This document shows positions 38,391 through 51,552 of a stretch of 64,000 nucleotides of DNA, in pieces. The notes beneath the pieces are model-generated. The model was not told where the DNA came from and did no database searches. It saw only the letters and a program-made list of their open reading frames with translations. Position numbers and translations under genes: made by a program. Position 1 is the stretch's first letter. The number at the start of each line of letters is the position of its first letter. The stretch is from Lingula anatina (lineage: Eukaryota; Animalia; Brachiopoda): contig CM120647.1 in NCBI GenBank assembly GCA_051362555.1, positions 10,106,001 to 10,170,000 on the forward strand, written 5' to 3'.

Positions 38391-40291
38391 CAGGGCCGTA
38401 GCCTCAGGTGGGGGAATTGGGAATTGAGGTGCAAACAAATACTAATAATAACTAGAGGATCAGAGAGGCGATACCGCCTCCTGATATTGTACCACCAGCT
38501 GGGGTAAGCGCATTTGTATGGGAAAGAAAAAGAAAGTGGGGCCCCACCTGTATGGTTGTGGGTGACAAGCTGCAGGAAATGTAGTAAACAAGGTGTTTTT
38601 TTTTTTTGTTTTTTTTTTCAGTTTTGGCATCTAATGGCTGCTTTTCCCATGAAAATGCACCGATTGACCCCAAACTTCCACACATTAAAGCAGTCTGCAA
38701 TTGTAACCCCTCAGTATAATATGAGAGCTAAGGTCTGCTTAGTTTCTGAACATTGGCACAAACAAATATCTTTTTGCAGAAATTCCCTTTTTTGCGATCT
38801 AGGAGGATAATTGGTAATGGTGCCTTTTATCCCACGCCACCCTGCGGAGCCGTACGATATGGGTTGGTACTAAAACCACGAATATTACACACTGGTGGTA
38901 CTAACTATGGCCATATCTTTGCCAGTTTTGAAAGTATAAGCACTGAAAAAAGTTGCAATGTTCAGTCCATGGTGAAAAGTAGGTCAAAGGTCAATTTCAA
39001 GGTCACAGTTAAATTGCCAGTATATGACTTCCTATTTAACTTCAATAGTAACTATTGACCCAACTCTCCTAGTTTTGGGGATATAAGAGACTAAAATTTT
39101 TCAAACTTCAGTTAATGGTGAAAAGTAGGAATGTACTTTTTGATACAGCATAACTCGTGAACCGTATGGAAAACAAAAAAACGGAGACCACCTTCAGTGT
39201 TGGGCTTGACATGCTCTATCAAATGCAAAAAACAAGAGGTCTCTAGCATTAACGACTCCAGAATTAGAGAGAGTTTTATGTTTCAGCATCTAATGGCCGC
39301 TGCTCCCGTGAAAATGCATCGATTGACTCGAAACTCACAGAGTTGAAAGATAACCTGAAGGGTAACAACTACCAAAATTATTAGAGGTTAAGTCTGCGTA
39401 GTTTCTGAATATCAGCACAAATAATTTTTTTTTCGTAAAAAATTCCCTTTTTTTGAAAATTTTGGCCTGTTTGACCTTGAAATAAAGGTCAAAGGTCAAA
39501 TCCAAGGGCATATTTGGAATCCTCATATGTGACTTTCGGTCAGACTTCTATATTAATTTTTCCCATAATTCCTTCAGTTTGGGAGATATATCGCATTGAA
39601 TTTTCAAAAATTTTGACAAGGGTGCATTTCAACGAGCGTCATGCCCAGGCAATTGCACCGATCGAGACAAAAAAACCAGGGGGTTCAAGTTGAGATTATA
39701 TGTGACCTAAATCCAAGAGATGGGGACACAGGCCCATGCAGTCTAGGAGGAGAAGCGGTAACGGTGACTTGTATCCCACGCCACCCTGCGGAGCCGGCGG
39801 AGCTCACGGAGCCGGCGGAGCCGTACGATACGGGTCGGGACTAAAACCATGAGTACCGCCAGCGTACACGCTGGTGGTACTAATAATCGCAGATGTAAAA
39901 AAAAAAATTGCAAAGTTGGTTTCAATTCTGTGAGAAAATGCACTCATGGCCACTAGACAATCATTCAACAATATGCTGACAAAGGTGTACTGTTTTTAGC
40001 CAACTCAGTTCATGCCCAAATGCTCACCCTCCCTTAGGAAATGAAGTCCAGTTGGCGTGTTGTGTTGAAAAAATGACTGTACTTATGGCAAAATGAACCC
40101 ACAATTTCTGACTTCTGATTGAGCAATAAATAATAGTTAAAATGCACCAGAATGCAGTATTATACATACAGTTTTCCAAAATTTTCCACATCGTGGGAGG
40201 GGGAAACCCCCTCCCACACCCCCCCTCGGGGGCTCCGCCCCCTCGTGTCCGCTTACTGCCCCCCTGGCAATTTGCCCAGGCTACGGCCCTG
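38391..40291. mobile_element. hAT-like MITE nested in the previous MITE
   Basis: TIR CAGGGCCGTAGCC / GGCTACGGCCCTG; flanks ACATG and ATATG (5-bp TSD with one mismatch). Confidence 0.72.
38450..39886 (-). mobile_element. HINE family B copy 1
   Basis: AACTAG end, hairpin GAGGCG-ATAC-CGCCTC and subterminal GTACCACCAGC. The other end has the hairpin AGTACCGCCAGCGT-AC-ACGCTGGTGGTACT next to GAGCCG repeats. Internal AAGGTCAAAGGTCA modules. Confidence 0.8.
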
Positions 40292-41748
40292 ATATGCTGT
40301 AATTACGCTGTCCTTCATCTCTTACGTTAGTCTACATTTTGCTGGGAATTTTTAAAATCTGTGCGTACAATTTTTAAAGGTCTGGTTACGCCCCTGCAGG
40401 TGATGGCAACATGTACAGACACATCTATGTATGTACATAAAAATGCAATAGCAAACTTCAAGCCAACAGTAAACTGTCTCTCTCAGACATGCTGAAACTG
40501 TCGGTCCGATTGGTCATGACCGGCAAAATTTGTCTGGACCGGTAAAATATTGTACTTTGTCGGTCCAAAGGACTGACAAGAGTTTTAAGAGCTGCCATTT
40601 TGAATTAACAGTTAGCGTTCGATGTGCTTCAGAAATAAAATTATTTAAAATCCACATCATTTTTTCTTCCATTTACTAATCTAGTGACACGTAAAAATGA
40701 CATCTTGGTCACATTCACTTACAAAGTACGCCAGCCAATCGTATTATCCCTCTCTCAAACGAATGGGTACTTTCCCATGGGGAATCCCCCTGCTCTCGAT
40801 ATTACGCGCCCCGTCATTGGTATATTGGCTGCGACACACAGACAGCTATCACGAGGGCGGTCCATGCTGCCAAGCACATGTAAACATGCAGGAAAAAATG
40901 TTTACTGCTAAACTTGGACGCCCGACTCCTTTCTCAAGAACAATAATTCATATAGGAACCAAGGATAATGACGCCTGACCTTCAAAGGTACGTATACATT
41001 GTTATTCGTTCTTCGTTGATACTTAGCCTACATGGAAATGAGGTCACCCGATTCACTCAGTAAAAACGATTTCAGAATTATAGGACTGAATATTATGCGT
41101 AATCAATGGTGATTGTAACGATATTTAACTAATGGGTACTTTCGTTTGCATTCAGCTAATACGCGGCAGTGCCTTCCGAGAGGTTTTACGTAAAAAAAGT
41201 TTGACAGTTCGGTAGCTTCCTCGAACCTACCGATAAAACTTGATCCATGGTGTATGAACATAATGGTTCACAGATTTTAAATATCCCGTAAGCATAAACG
41301 CGATACCAGTTACCAGTACCAGTTACAGTTTTCATATTATCAGTATGTAAATTTTTATTATTTTAGATTATGATATCGTTGAGTCCTGACCATAAGCCAT
41401 TCGTTTCCATGCAGAAGAGACGTATACAGTGAAGTGGCTAGCATGTTTCATGCATTGGCACTCCCATTCGGACTACAATCTGTACTGTTTGTGTAGCATC
41501 AAAATTTGCAAATTATTTTCAAGGAAAGGAGAAATTGACCAAGAGCAAATTTTGCTATTGTTGAACAGTGGAAATGAATCTTTTTTTTTTTTTTTCATTT
41601 AATTTTTTATCAAATTCATTTCAATTTGAAACAATATTAATTTTTTTTTTTTGAGAAATTGATCATGATAAAATTTATAATTAACCTAAATTTATGACAT
41701 GGATGTGAAATATATGATGAATTCCTTTAAGCCGTACATGCACTATTG

Positions 41749-42147
41749 AACTAGAGGATCAAAGAGGCAATACCGCCTCCGAATATTGTACCACCAGCTG
41801 GAGCAAGCACATTCGTATAGACCCCCACATAAACAAAATAAGGGACACAGCCACCAGTCTTTTGCTTGACAAGCTGTAAAAATGCAATCAACAAGAATTT
41901 TCAAAATATGCAAAAAAATATATATATAACTTAAAATGGTACAATCAAAGTTAAGTTCATCAAAAGGTAGGTCAAAGGTCAATTTCCCTGTAAGACTGCC
42001 AGTATATGACTTCCTATTCAAGTTCAATAGTAACTATGGACCTATCTCTGCCAGGTTAGGAGTTAAAAGAGAAAGAAATTAGCAGAGTTCAGTTCATGGT
42101 GAAAAGTAGGTCAAAGGTCAATTTTAAGGTCACATTTAGATTGCCAT
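41749..42147 (-). mobile_element. HINE family B copy 2 (truncated)
   Basis: AACTAGAGGATCAAAGAGGCAATACCGCCTCC..GTACCACCAGCTGG matches 38450; AGGTCAAAGGTCAATTT modules follow. Confidence 0.75.
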
Positions 42148-44880
42148 AAACTCCATATCAAAACTGGGCACGCTAGGACAAAAACTGAAAGGTGTGACAG
42201 AATCTGTCGCCTGTGCACCCTGTGTGGTAATTGAAGATGAATACCATTTTATATTCCAATGCCCAATGTACAAAGCAGACCGAGTCACCTTTTTTTTACT
42301 AAAACCTCAATCCTAAAAGCTGATACAAGGTCACCAGTCAATTATGCCATTTATTTAACAGTGCCAACAAAGATACTTTTGTGTCCCTCTCCAACTTTAT
42401 AATCAAATCATTCAAGAAAAGAAGTGAAGTGGTTGCTCTGCTTGGTAACTCTTAGGATTTCCCTTAAAATGTCAGTGTATGGTCCCACTGTTGTGAGAAG
42501 TGACTCGGCAGTTGGACTGAACATGGCACAATATTTATATCTGTGTAACTTATTTACTTATGTAATTGTCATTAATCATATTATCTATGTCATCAAACTG
42601 GCTTTAAACAGCCATATGTAAACAGCTATGTAACAGTGGTTCACCCTACCTCTAAATTTAAACATATCCTTTTGTGTAACATGTTTATAGTATGTTTATG
42701 GTAAATTATTAATCATACCAAGGTTTGTCTCATTGCTTAGATAGAATATTTTATGAGTAACTTTACTGGTACGTATGTTCATTATACAAAGATTATTTTT
42801 TCATTCACAAATGGCCAGGCAACATAATTACCAACTAGAGAAATAGTAGTGCACTAATGGTATTGAATCGTCATTAGTATATCATATTGTACAAGGTCAT
42901 GACAATCTATGCACCAGTACAGAAATAAATTGAATTGAATTGAATTATTACAATATTCAAGGGAAAGATTCAGAACAGTGCCAATACTAATTAGAGCTTT
43001 TGAGCAGATTGTTGGAAGATTGTGTTAATTCGTTACATCTATCAGCGGGTGATGTTGATGAGCCAGAAACAACAGAAATGCGTTCAGTTCCAAAATCAGA
43101 ATAGTTGCTTTATTGAATTTCATTTAGGTTTTTATTACAGATTGCTAGTCAAAATAACATTGTTTCATGTTTATTTCTTTGACTTTCCACTGAGAAACTC
43201 TGGAAGATAACTTTCACACACACCTTATGCATGCCAGCACATCTTCAACTTTTGACTTCAAGTATGTGTGAGTAGAATACTTCCACAGTCCCTCAGCTTT
43301 ACACCTAAATAAACCTTATCATAAGTAATCTCCTGCTCAAATAAGATTTTGCGCCTCTTAAAATTTAATAATCTATTTCCAATAAAATTCTATATCATAA
43401 CAGTTAAACCATTTTATTAAAAATCATGCTTAATTAAAAATACCCAAACATTATTTAATCATTTCAAATTCTGTTTATATGAAACTTCTCATTACTGTTA
43501 TATGCACACACACACACACAAAAAAACTTGATTGATAAAAAAAATGTAAAGTAACATTACATAATACTCATTCCCTCCAGCAAATATACTGAAAATTAAC
43601 ATAACATATTTAAGTTGTATTAATTGGCTATTTACTTAATAATTAATACTCCTTCAGTCCTTTAATACATATCTCTGAAAATATTAACACTAATCAATTA
43701 TGATTACTTCTATCTTGTAATCATTATATTAATTAAAATACAAATTTATGAAATCATTAAAATGTTTAAGCATACATATCTGTTTATATTAATAAGTTGC
43801 CATTCAGTAATAATTAAACACAAATAATCACTTAATGTGTATGTTGTATGAAGCAATAACATACTTTACTTAATAAAAAAATGTTAATCATTTGTTTACT
43901 TATATATCCATGTCAGTATCATACAATAAAACTATCAGTTAAACTACTCATTATATTAGTACACTTAAGTATCTCAGTTCATTCTGTGATATTGTACCCT
44001 TTAATATATTATCTGTTACTGATCAAGGATATTTACTCTTCAACTGATAATACTCACTTCCCATTTCAAAAACATTTTTATGATTCCTGTTACAAAAAAA
44101 AAAAATAATAATAATAATAATAAAATAAAATAAAATAAAAAAATAAATAAATAAAAAAAATAAAAATAAGAAATATATATACAAGTGAAAATACATGCAA
44201 AGATGTGGGTAAATAAAGAAAAATTGATAAGCTCATTAAGTGCTATTTAAACTGAATAATAAATTTATAATTCATTACTGTTATAAACATAGTGTAACAA
44301 AATTATATAGAAAGTTTTTTTTAACAAGGCAGCAAAGCTGTCAAATGTACAGACAAAAAACAGAAAATAAAGATATAAAAAAAGGTCATTTTGTCAATTT
44401 TGATGCAATAATAAATAATGCTTATAATAGCACTGTCAGTCAACACTGAATTTTAATCATGCACAACAGGTAACATGGTCAATAACAGGAGCGGACCCTG
44501 AGATATTTTCTAACAGTATTCCAAAGTATCTATGTTGATCCATCCTCCATTTTGATGGTCTTCCAACAGAAAAAAATAGATACCAGTCAATATAAACTTA
44601 ATAACCTGTCTTCCAGAAGACCCAGAAGATGGTCTCAATCCACCCCTTCAATAAGATTACAGTTTCAGGACCATGAGAGACCAAAATCACATGATGAAAG
44701 TCTTAATATTTGAAAAATGATGACAGTGCATAAAATAATATTATATAATGTTTAAAGACATAAAAAACAATACAATTGCTTATGTGGAAATACAGAAAAT
44801 GTGCAGAGCCTCGAGCGGATATGAGTTAAAAGTCACAAATGCAAGTGTTTGAGAAAAAATTGTAAAGGAAAACATAACAA

Positions 44881-45115
44881 AACTAGAAAACCACCGAGAG
44901 TGCAGACCTCTGCAAAGGCATCAATTGTTGATTATTATTGATTATTGATTGATTATTGAGCCAGACCACCACTAAAAACTAATCATTGTCCTCTTTGGCC
45001 CAATTCTGACAGTTCCTGAAAATTTCAGCAAAATCGGTCCATAACGTTTTGAGTTATGTTGATGACAGACAAACAGGGGTGAAAATATAACCTCCTTGGC
45101 AGAGCCTGAGGTAAA
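44881..45115 (-). mobile_element. Small HINE (family C) embedded in HINE-A4
   Basis: AACTAGAA..GAGAGTGCAGACCTCTGC.AAGG ... GACAGACAAAC ... ATAACCTCCTTGGCAGAG..GAGGTAA: DINE/HINE layout with subterminal repeat and microsatellite. Confidence 0.65.
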
Positions 45116-45156
45116 TATAATTTCAATGAAGCTGCTATTCAAATTTTTAATCTTAG

Positions 45157-45158
<2 letters not shown>

Positions 45159-45195
<37 letters not shown>
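45159..45195. repeat. (TA)n microsatellite (paralogous tract at 62443-62498)
   Basis: Read directly; same position in HINE-A4 and HINE-A5. Confidence 0.9.
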
Positions 45196-45197
<2 letters not shown>

Positions 45198-45419
45198 CCT
45201 GCATAATTATCACTGCTTCCTTATTATTAATCTAGCAGAGAGCTTAACTTTTGAGAGTTTACAAGGAAATATCAACAAGTGTGCTTTATGTAATCTCCTT
45301 TAATGGCCTATCAATTAGGCAAATGACTTTATAACTCAGAAATTAGCTAAGTGATACCCAAGGGATATTAACAGACTGACCCTCTCAAAGGTCTTTCAGG
45401 CCCATAAGTCACATCTTAA

Positions 45420-45796
45420 AGGTACATACGAACCGAGCATCGGTGGAGTGTGGATTCCGAGTAACACATGTAAACCACTTCTAGTAGATTCTTATACGAC
45501 TCAAATAAATTCGACATACCAAGGGATAAACTGAATAGATCACTCGATCAGCCATAAAAGACCTTTAGACTGCTCCTTTCTTTAAATTTATGGTTGTAAA
45601 TTTAACCTACTTCCGTGACCTACTTTCCTACCCCATTGACATACAGCTTAAAATGCCAGCAGAAAAATCTGTTCAAACATCATTTTCAGGTAAAATTAAA
45701 CAATGCCTTTTGGTAATTCTCTTAGTTATACTACTTGAAACTATATGCTGGCATTTGGTTGGTTTTTGTGACAAAAAATTGACTTTGTATGCATCT
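45420..45796. mobile_element. 377-bp MITE with TTAA TSD (Kolobok-like RR termini)
   Basis: TTAA at 45416-45419 and 45797-45800. Imperfect TIR AGGTACATAC / GTATGCATCT. The empty site CACACCTTAAGAAAAGC is present in the paralog at about 62740. Confidence 0.85.
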
Positions 45797-48700
45797 TTAA
45801 GAAAAGCACAAAACAATAATGCACAAAATAGGAGACTACCAATTCTGATGCAATAATACATTATGTTTTACTGTACAGTCAACATCAAATTGTAATTATG
45901 CACAACAGGTAACAATGACGAAAGTAAAAGCATAAGGCTTCAGGCCCATCAGAGTTCAAGTTTATACTTAGAAAGTGCCAGAATGAGAAAAATGAAAATT
46001 TCACACAAAATTGCATAAATTCAATAACAAATGATAACCCAATTGACCTGGCTTTCTAATTTGAACTGCATGCCAATCCTAAAAATCATACTTGTAAGTT
46101 AAAAATAATAATAAGTAACACAGTTTTCTTTTCATAATGTTTGCAGTAGCAATGCAAAAATATTGTTGTCAATTTTGATGTAACATTACATAATAAATTA
46201 TAGAATAATTATCACCAATTTTTGATTATTGACAATAAATAGCATGGACATGTAGAAAATTTGATCACCATTCGGCTTCATGTCCATGGGAGCTCCGAGT
46301 CCCACAATGAATATGCCAAAAAGATAATGAATATTTCACTCAAATGTATAACTTCCAGAAAAAGAAGCCAATTAGACTGCTTTTCCAACTCATTCTGCAT
46401 TTTAGTCCTGTGTTTCTTTTTTAAAGGTTTGACAGTCATAACACGGTTTTCCCATAATGGTCATCATGGCAGCAGCACCAAAAATTGTGTTTTCTTCTAT
46501 TTTGATGCAACGTTACATAATGCTTAACAGTATAATGACCATCAATTTTTAATAATAGAATATTAGTAACATGGACATTCAAAAAACATGACAAGCAAAG
46601 GTCTTCAGGATCTTGGAACTTCAAAGTCACACCTTGAAAATGCCAATAAGTGAAAAATTAAATTTTCACAAAAAACTGTTTAACTGCCAGAAAAAATTAA
46701 CAAACAGACTGCATTGCCTACTGAAGCTGTATTTTAGCCCCATGTTTCTTTCCTGTAAGTTTGAGAACAGTAATTGACATGATTTTTGTTAAATGGTCAT
46801 CATGAGAGCAGTGCCCAAAATAGGGGTTTCTTCAAATTTTGATGCAATATTACATAATGTTTAACAGCATAATGACCATCAATTTTAAATAATAAAATAT
46901 AAGTATCATGGATATTCAGAAAATGTGACTAGCAAAGGTCTGCAGGCTCATGGAACTTCAAAGTCACATCTTAAAAATGCCAAAATGTAAACAAGACAGC
47001 ACTGTTCTGAAATGGGTTTATTTCCATTTTTAACATTTTTTAACATAAAACAAAATAAACAGTTTGTTGCCATTTTTATATGACCAACTAAGAAAATTGA
47101 TGAGATGGGAAAAATATCAATAGAACAGTGTTAAATGTCCAATTTCCTCCATTCTGAGATTCTGAACATAGTGGATGATTGAATCTGACAAACTGCAATG
47201 ATATGAGTTTATTTCCATTTTTGACACTTTATTAACACAATACATGATAACAAGTTTACCATGTTTTTTTACATAATCATCTAACAATGTTGTAAAGATG
47301 CAGGAAATATCAAACAAACACTTTTACGCATCTAATTAGTTCAATAATGAGACTGTTAACATGCTTAATAATTGAATCTGAGGAAATGTGAAAAAACAGT
47401 ATAACTTCTAAAATAATGGCCCGATTATGCTGATTTTCGAACTCAACCTGCGTTTTAGTAAGATTGACCACTCCTATGAATATAATGCCAATTGGCCAAT
47501 CTGTTTTTCTTATATTGTGTTATCAGTGTTGCATTTATATTGAAAAGTGAAAAAACAGCATAAATTCCCTAAAAATGGCCCAATCATGCTGATTTTCGAA
47601 CTTGACCTGCGTATTAAGAATTTTCATCAGTTCTGTAAGTTTCAAGCCAAAAGGTAAAATGGTTTTCCACTTACTGTGTTATCGGTGCTGCATATATGCT
47701 GAAAAAGTGAAAAAACAGCATAAATTCCCTAAAAATGGCCCAATCATGCCGATTTTCGAATTTGACCTGCATATTATGAATATTCATCAGTTCTGTAAGT
47801 TTCAAGTCAAAAGGTACAATGGTTTTCCACTTATCGTGTTATCGGTGCTGCATATATGTTGAAAAAAGTGAAAAAACAGCATAAATTCCCTAAGAGTGAC
47901 CCGATCATGCTGATTTTCGAACTTGACCTGCGTATTATGAATATTCATCAGTTCTGCAAGTTTCAAATCAAAAGGCAAAATGGTTTTCCACTTATCGTGT
48001 TATCGGTAAAAGTGCACGGCGACGACAGACGCAGATGATGGCTATATGTATACAGACACATCTGTGTCTGTACATAAAAATACTAAATCTACTTAATTCT
48101 TTAACATAACATTTAAACAAAACAATATGGCACAATTAAATTTGACTAAATGTAATATATATATTTTTTACAAACAAAAGCTAGGCACAACAAAACAAGT
48201 GCAGATAAAGCAAATGTTTGAGTAAACCATTCTCCTTTTGTTTTATTTATATAAAACAATCTAATTTTGGCACAATGCTAATTTCTCTCCTCCCTTTTAA
48301 AAAAAATAATAATTCAAGGTTAAATCAAAAATTGATCATGTAGAAAAATAATTCTGGCATCAAAACTTTCTTGGAATATTTTCATTATTTCAAAGTATTC
48401 CAGCAGTTTATTTGAACCTTGAATGGCAAGATAATAGCTTTTTGGTTAACTTGATTGAAATTTTTTTTTATCTCCCCATTCAAAAATGAATTGTTGGAAA
48501 AACACCCTTGTTGAAATAAACACTTGTCAAAATGGTTTCATGTGTGACATTGTAATTGTTTGGACAATATAATAACAAAAAATAATAAAAAATAATGAAC
48601 TGCTCCTCTGTAACTTATTCAATAGCAAGACAATTCTTTGAACTTTTCTTCCTTTGACATACCCCAATCAAGATGACAATAAGTAAAATAATAACAGTGC

Positions 48701-48915
48701 ATGATGTTATAATTGACAAAGTTTCATGTTCAAATATTCTATTCCATTCAAACCAAGTTGATGTTGGCATTAGTAAAAACTTGAAGCTGCTTTGACCTTT
48801 CCAGGTATGCATAAGCATATCCTACTAAAAATCAGACTGCATATACTATATGGTAAGGTTGTATGAAAACATGGCTGTCATAATGGTTTTTCAGCAAAAA
48901 TACATAGCCATCAAG

Positions 48916-51127
48916 CAGGGTACGAAATAAGGACCGACCGGCAGCCCGGGACGGCTCAATTATCACCCCGGCGGTCTCTTTCCAAAAGTTGTCAGTTCGT
49001 CTGTCTGGCCATTTTCTGGCCTCTAAAATAATTGTATGTCAATATGCACGTTCATATTAAGCAGATAAGGTTGAAATAAAACGAAAACAATGAAGCCCAC
49101 CCTTCAAGAAATCGACACTCGAAACAAATGAATGAAAACCGAAAGTAGGTCATACATGCTTGTTTTACCTTTTTACCCGTCATGCCTTGCGCAAAGACCC
49201 TTCACCGTGTTATGAAACGCCTGATACAAAGTATCAAACGCGGCATTTATATGCTTGTTTACGAGACAAATAACGAATGATGTGTGGTTATTCAAGTTCA
49301 GAACAACACAATCTCGTCTAATTACGCAGTTTAAGTTTTGATTCTTCTATAATCTGTAATTGTAATTGTACGACGTCTTTCTCAGAAAAAAATTAAGTCA
49401 CGACACACGTGGACTATACAAGATTCCGCAGTCGGGATTACCCCTGTTGCAGTTTACCCTCTGTAAGTATTTTGGGTGCTAATAATGAATGTGATGCCCC
49501 AGCACGTAAGAAAAGTTTTCAGACAGTAAAAATAAAGTGTATGATGACACCAAAGCAGGGCTCCACAGGTAAAAATTAAGTTCGGAAAAGTGAATTTTTC
49601 AGGGTGGGCTGTCAGACGGACACATTATGTGTTATCAGAACTTAAGAACAAAAAATCTTGAAAAAGAATTTTTTGTTGCGTCTTCTCGTCTCTGGCATAG
49701 ATGGCATTAAAAAGAATGACCTACATTGGTACAAAACACATCATATACATGTGATCCCAAAACGAAGTCTAAGCAAACTTACCGCCAAATTATGAAAGTG
49801 AACACCTTCCAGAACTTCACAAGACAAAATTTATTCACATAACAGGCTGACTACTGAATATTCATTTAAAATCTACATGCTCTAGTAATAAAGACCGTTC
49901 TTAAAATAGAAACTACACAAGTACTGGGTACAACAGCCAGATCACACTGGATGAACTGGATGTATCTAGTTTGTTGTCAAGGCAACATACTGCCTGTCAA
50001 TCAAATGTGTTGCATACTATCCCCTCACCACCATCTGAAGTTGGAAAGTTGGGACTAAAGATCGTGTTGAAATGTTGTTTATTTGCATAACCTGAAATTT
50101 TGTAAGATGTTTTATTTAATGACTCTAACGGTAGCACCACCTGTGTTATTTACAGTTCAAAATTTAGTGCTGGAATTTGATAAATTAGCAATGCTGTCAA
50201 AATTGTGATATTGGTGTAAGGAAGATAATTAATAAAAATATGAGAATTTAAATAAAAATAAGGGAAATTTTGACTGATTTTATTTAATTCATATATTTTA
50301 AAAAAATCAAACACGTTACCCCTTAAGACAGCAAATTGTTAAAATTAATATCAATTTAAAAACTTTAATATTAGTGATATTTATATAATTAAACTATTAT
50401 ACAATGAATATTCTTCAATTTTTAATACCCCAACCCCTGGGAAAAGCCCCGATCAAAACCATGTTAAATCAGACTTCTATGCAAGATTAAATATTCAGGA
50501 GTTCACAAGTATAAAAAAAAATTATCTGAAAATAAATCCACTGCATTTTCCAGGCTTATTTGACAGAATATCTTGGTAATAAATACATTACATGTATGAC
50601 TACACAAATTTATGTTTACAAAGTTCACCGAGAGGTATGACTGGGAAAAAAATGGTTTTGTTGGACAGATTGGATTCAAAATAGGACATGTCAAATTTAT
50701 CCACCTGTCCAAAGGACAGGTGCTCATTAAAGTTGGTGTCTAGCCCTGCAAAAGGAAAAGATCAGTTGTGTCAATATGGAAAACTGAATTTCCCTGGTTA
50801 ATTTGTGATGAGACTGATAGTAAAAACGTCATTTGTAACAAGTGGGTTATGCAACTAGACTCTGATTATGACAGTCACATGCAGTGAATCAGACTTCTGA
50901 TTTGGGTTCAGAGCTTAACGTTTCAGATGCTGACAGCAAAGAATCTACTTGAATAAATTCACTTTGAGACTAAGAGTCCTTGTTTCAATATCGTTCTTGC
51001 CTGCAATTGGTTTAATCAGGTAATTTAAAAAAAAATCAGGACTGGCTACTTTTGGTCAGGGCTGGCTACTTTTCAAAGTTGCCAGCCCTGCTGTCCGGCT
51101 TCAAATTTATACGAATTTCATACCCTG
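48916..51127. mobile_element. 2.2-kb non-autonomous hAT-like DNA transposon
   Basis: TIR CAGGGTACGAAAT / ATTTCATACCCTG. CATCAAG is duplicated at 48909-48915 and 51128-51134. Possible TTF-zinc-finger remnant WKTEFPWLICDE at about 50778-50850. Confidence 0.82.
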
Positions 51128-51170
51128 CATCAAGGAAGAAATTTTTGAGAACTTTAGAACTTAAAAGGAA

Positions 51171-51532
51171 TGTGACGTTGTAGTGTGTTAGATGAGATTA
51201 TTTTATATTGCTACCGGTAGATGTCTCTGTAAGTAAAGTGTTGTCCGGTGTGCAAGTTTGAATCTCTCCCGTGATTGGTAACCTAAAGGTAAAACTGTTC
51301 ATTGTATAGTTGGTTCTGATTGGTAAACGTGTACTATCTGAACTTGTATATAAGGTGTAACGTGAAATAAATCGGTCTCGTCTCTTGGGGCTTATCTCTT
51401 TGGCTCTTTGCGACTGACTTTGTAGCTCTCTTGGTTCTTTTGGTCTTTCTTATCTGTGCTTATACTCTGAGACACCAGTAAGTACATTGTTATTTGTACC
51501 TTCATAAGGCACTCGGCCGCGAAGGCGTAACA
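51171..51532 (+). repeat. Gypsy-2 5' LTR
   Basis: TGTGACG...CGTAACA; contains TATATAA, AATAAA and a GTAAGT donor-like motif at 51478. Confidence 0.95.
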
Positions 51533-51534
51533 AT

Positions 51535-51552
51535 TGGCGCAGTCGACAGGAT
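51535..51552 (+). promoter_or_regulatory. Primer-binding site, tRNA-Ser-like
   Basis: TGGCGCAGTCGACAGGAT starts 2 bp after the LTR. It resembles the complement of invertebrate tRNA-Ser 3' ends (..CGACTGCGCCA). Confidence 0.75.

Larger units (their letters stand above)
37503..40396. mobile_element. Second copy of the hAT5-like MITE family, expanded by nested insertions
   Basis: Degenerate left end CATGTGCGTAACTAGGCATACGCACGG matches the 32773 copy. Right end CTGGTTACGCCCCTG. TSD CAGGT at 37498-37502 and 40397-40401. Confidence 0.8.
29863..40443 (-). mobile_element. HINE family A copy 3 (expanded to 10.6 kb, with several nested insertions)
   Basis: Left terminus AACAAGGCAGCAAAGC at 29863. Degenerate hairpin terminus ATGTACAGACACATCTATGTATGTACATAAAAA ends at 40443. 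The LINE sequence continues on both sides. An internal full terminus lies at about 34767-34800. Confidence 0.8.
26830..42946 (+). mobile_element. 5'-truncated non-LTR retrotransposon (RTEX-like) fragmented by nested insertions; pieces at 26830-27673, 29702-29862, 40444-40483 and 42148-42946
   Basis: RT motifs GVKQGDTLSPFLFN, YADDL, YMYLG and ELGRLPL, then SWSEGIRKLLFTFGLGDAWLSQ, then SKLQANSKLSL, then the C-terminal knuckle RICRLC..EDEYHFIFQCPMY. Ends with AATAAA plus a (TTGAA)n tail at 42924-42946. Clade assigned from recalled motif similarity. Confidence 0.78.
44323..48080 (-). mobile_element. HINE family A copy 4 (long subfamily)
   Basis: Both family-A termini are present. The internal 44340-47000 region is colinear with 61590-64000. 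Short tandem modules of about 110-180 bp at 47500-48010. Confidence 0.87.

Noticed and set aside
40484-41745. CAGACATGC hAT-like end and a CpG/CCAAT-rich promoter-like region
   Set aside because: No matching second terminus or TSD; probably truncated DNA-transposon pieces that cannot be delimited.
49556-50748. Possible nested hAT element (CAGGGCTCC..CTAGCCCTG)
   Set aside because: The TIR match is only 7 bp and the flanks do not form a clean TSD.
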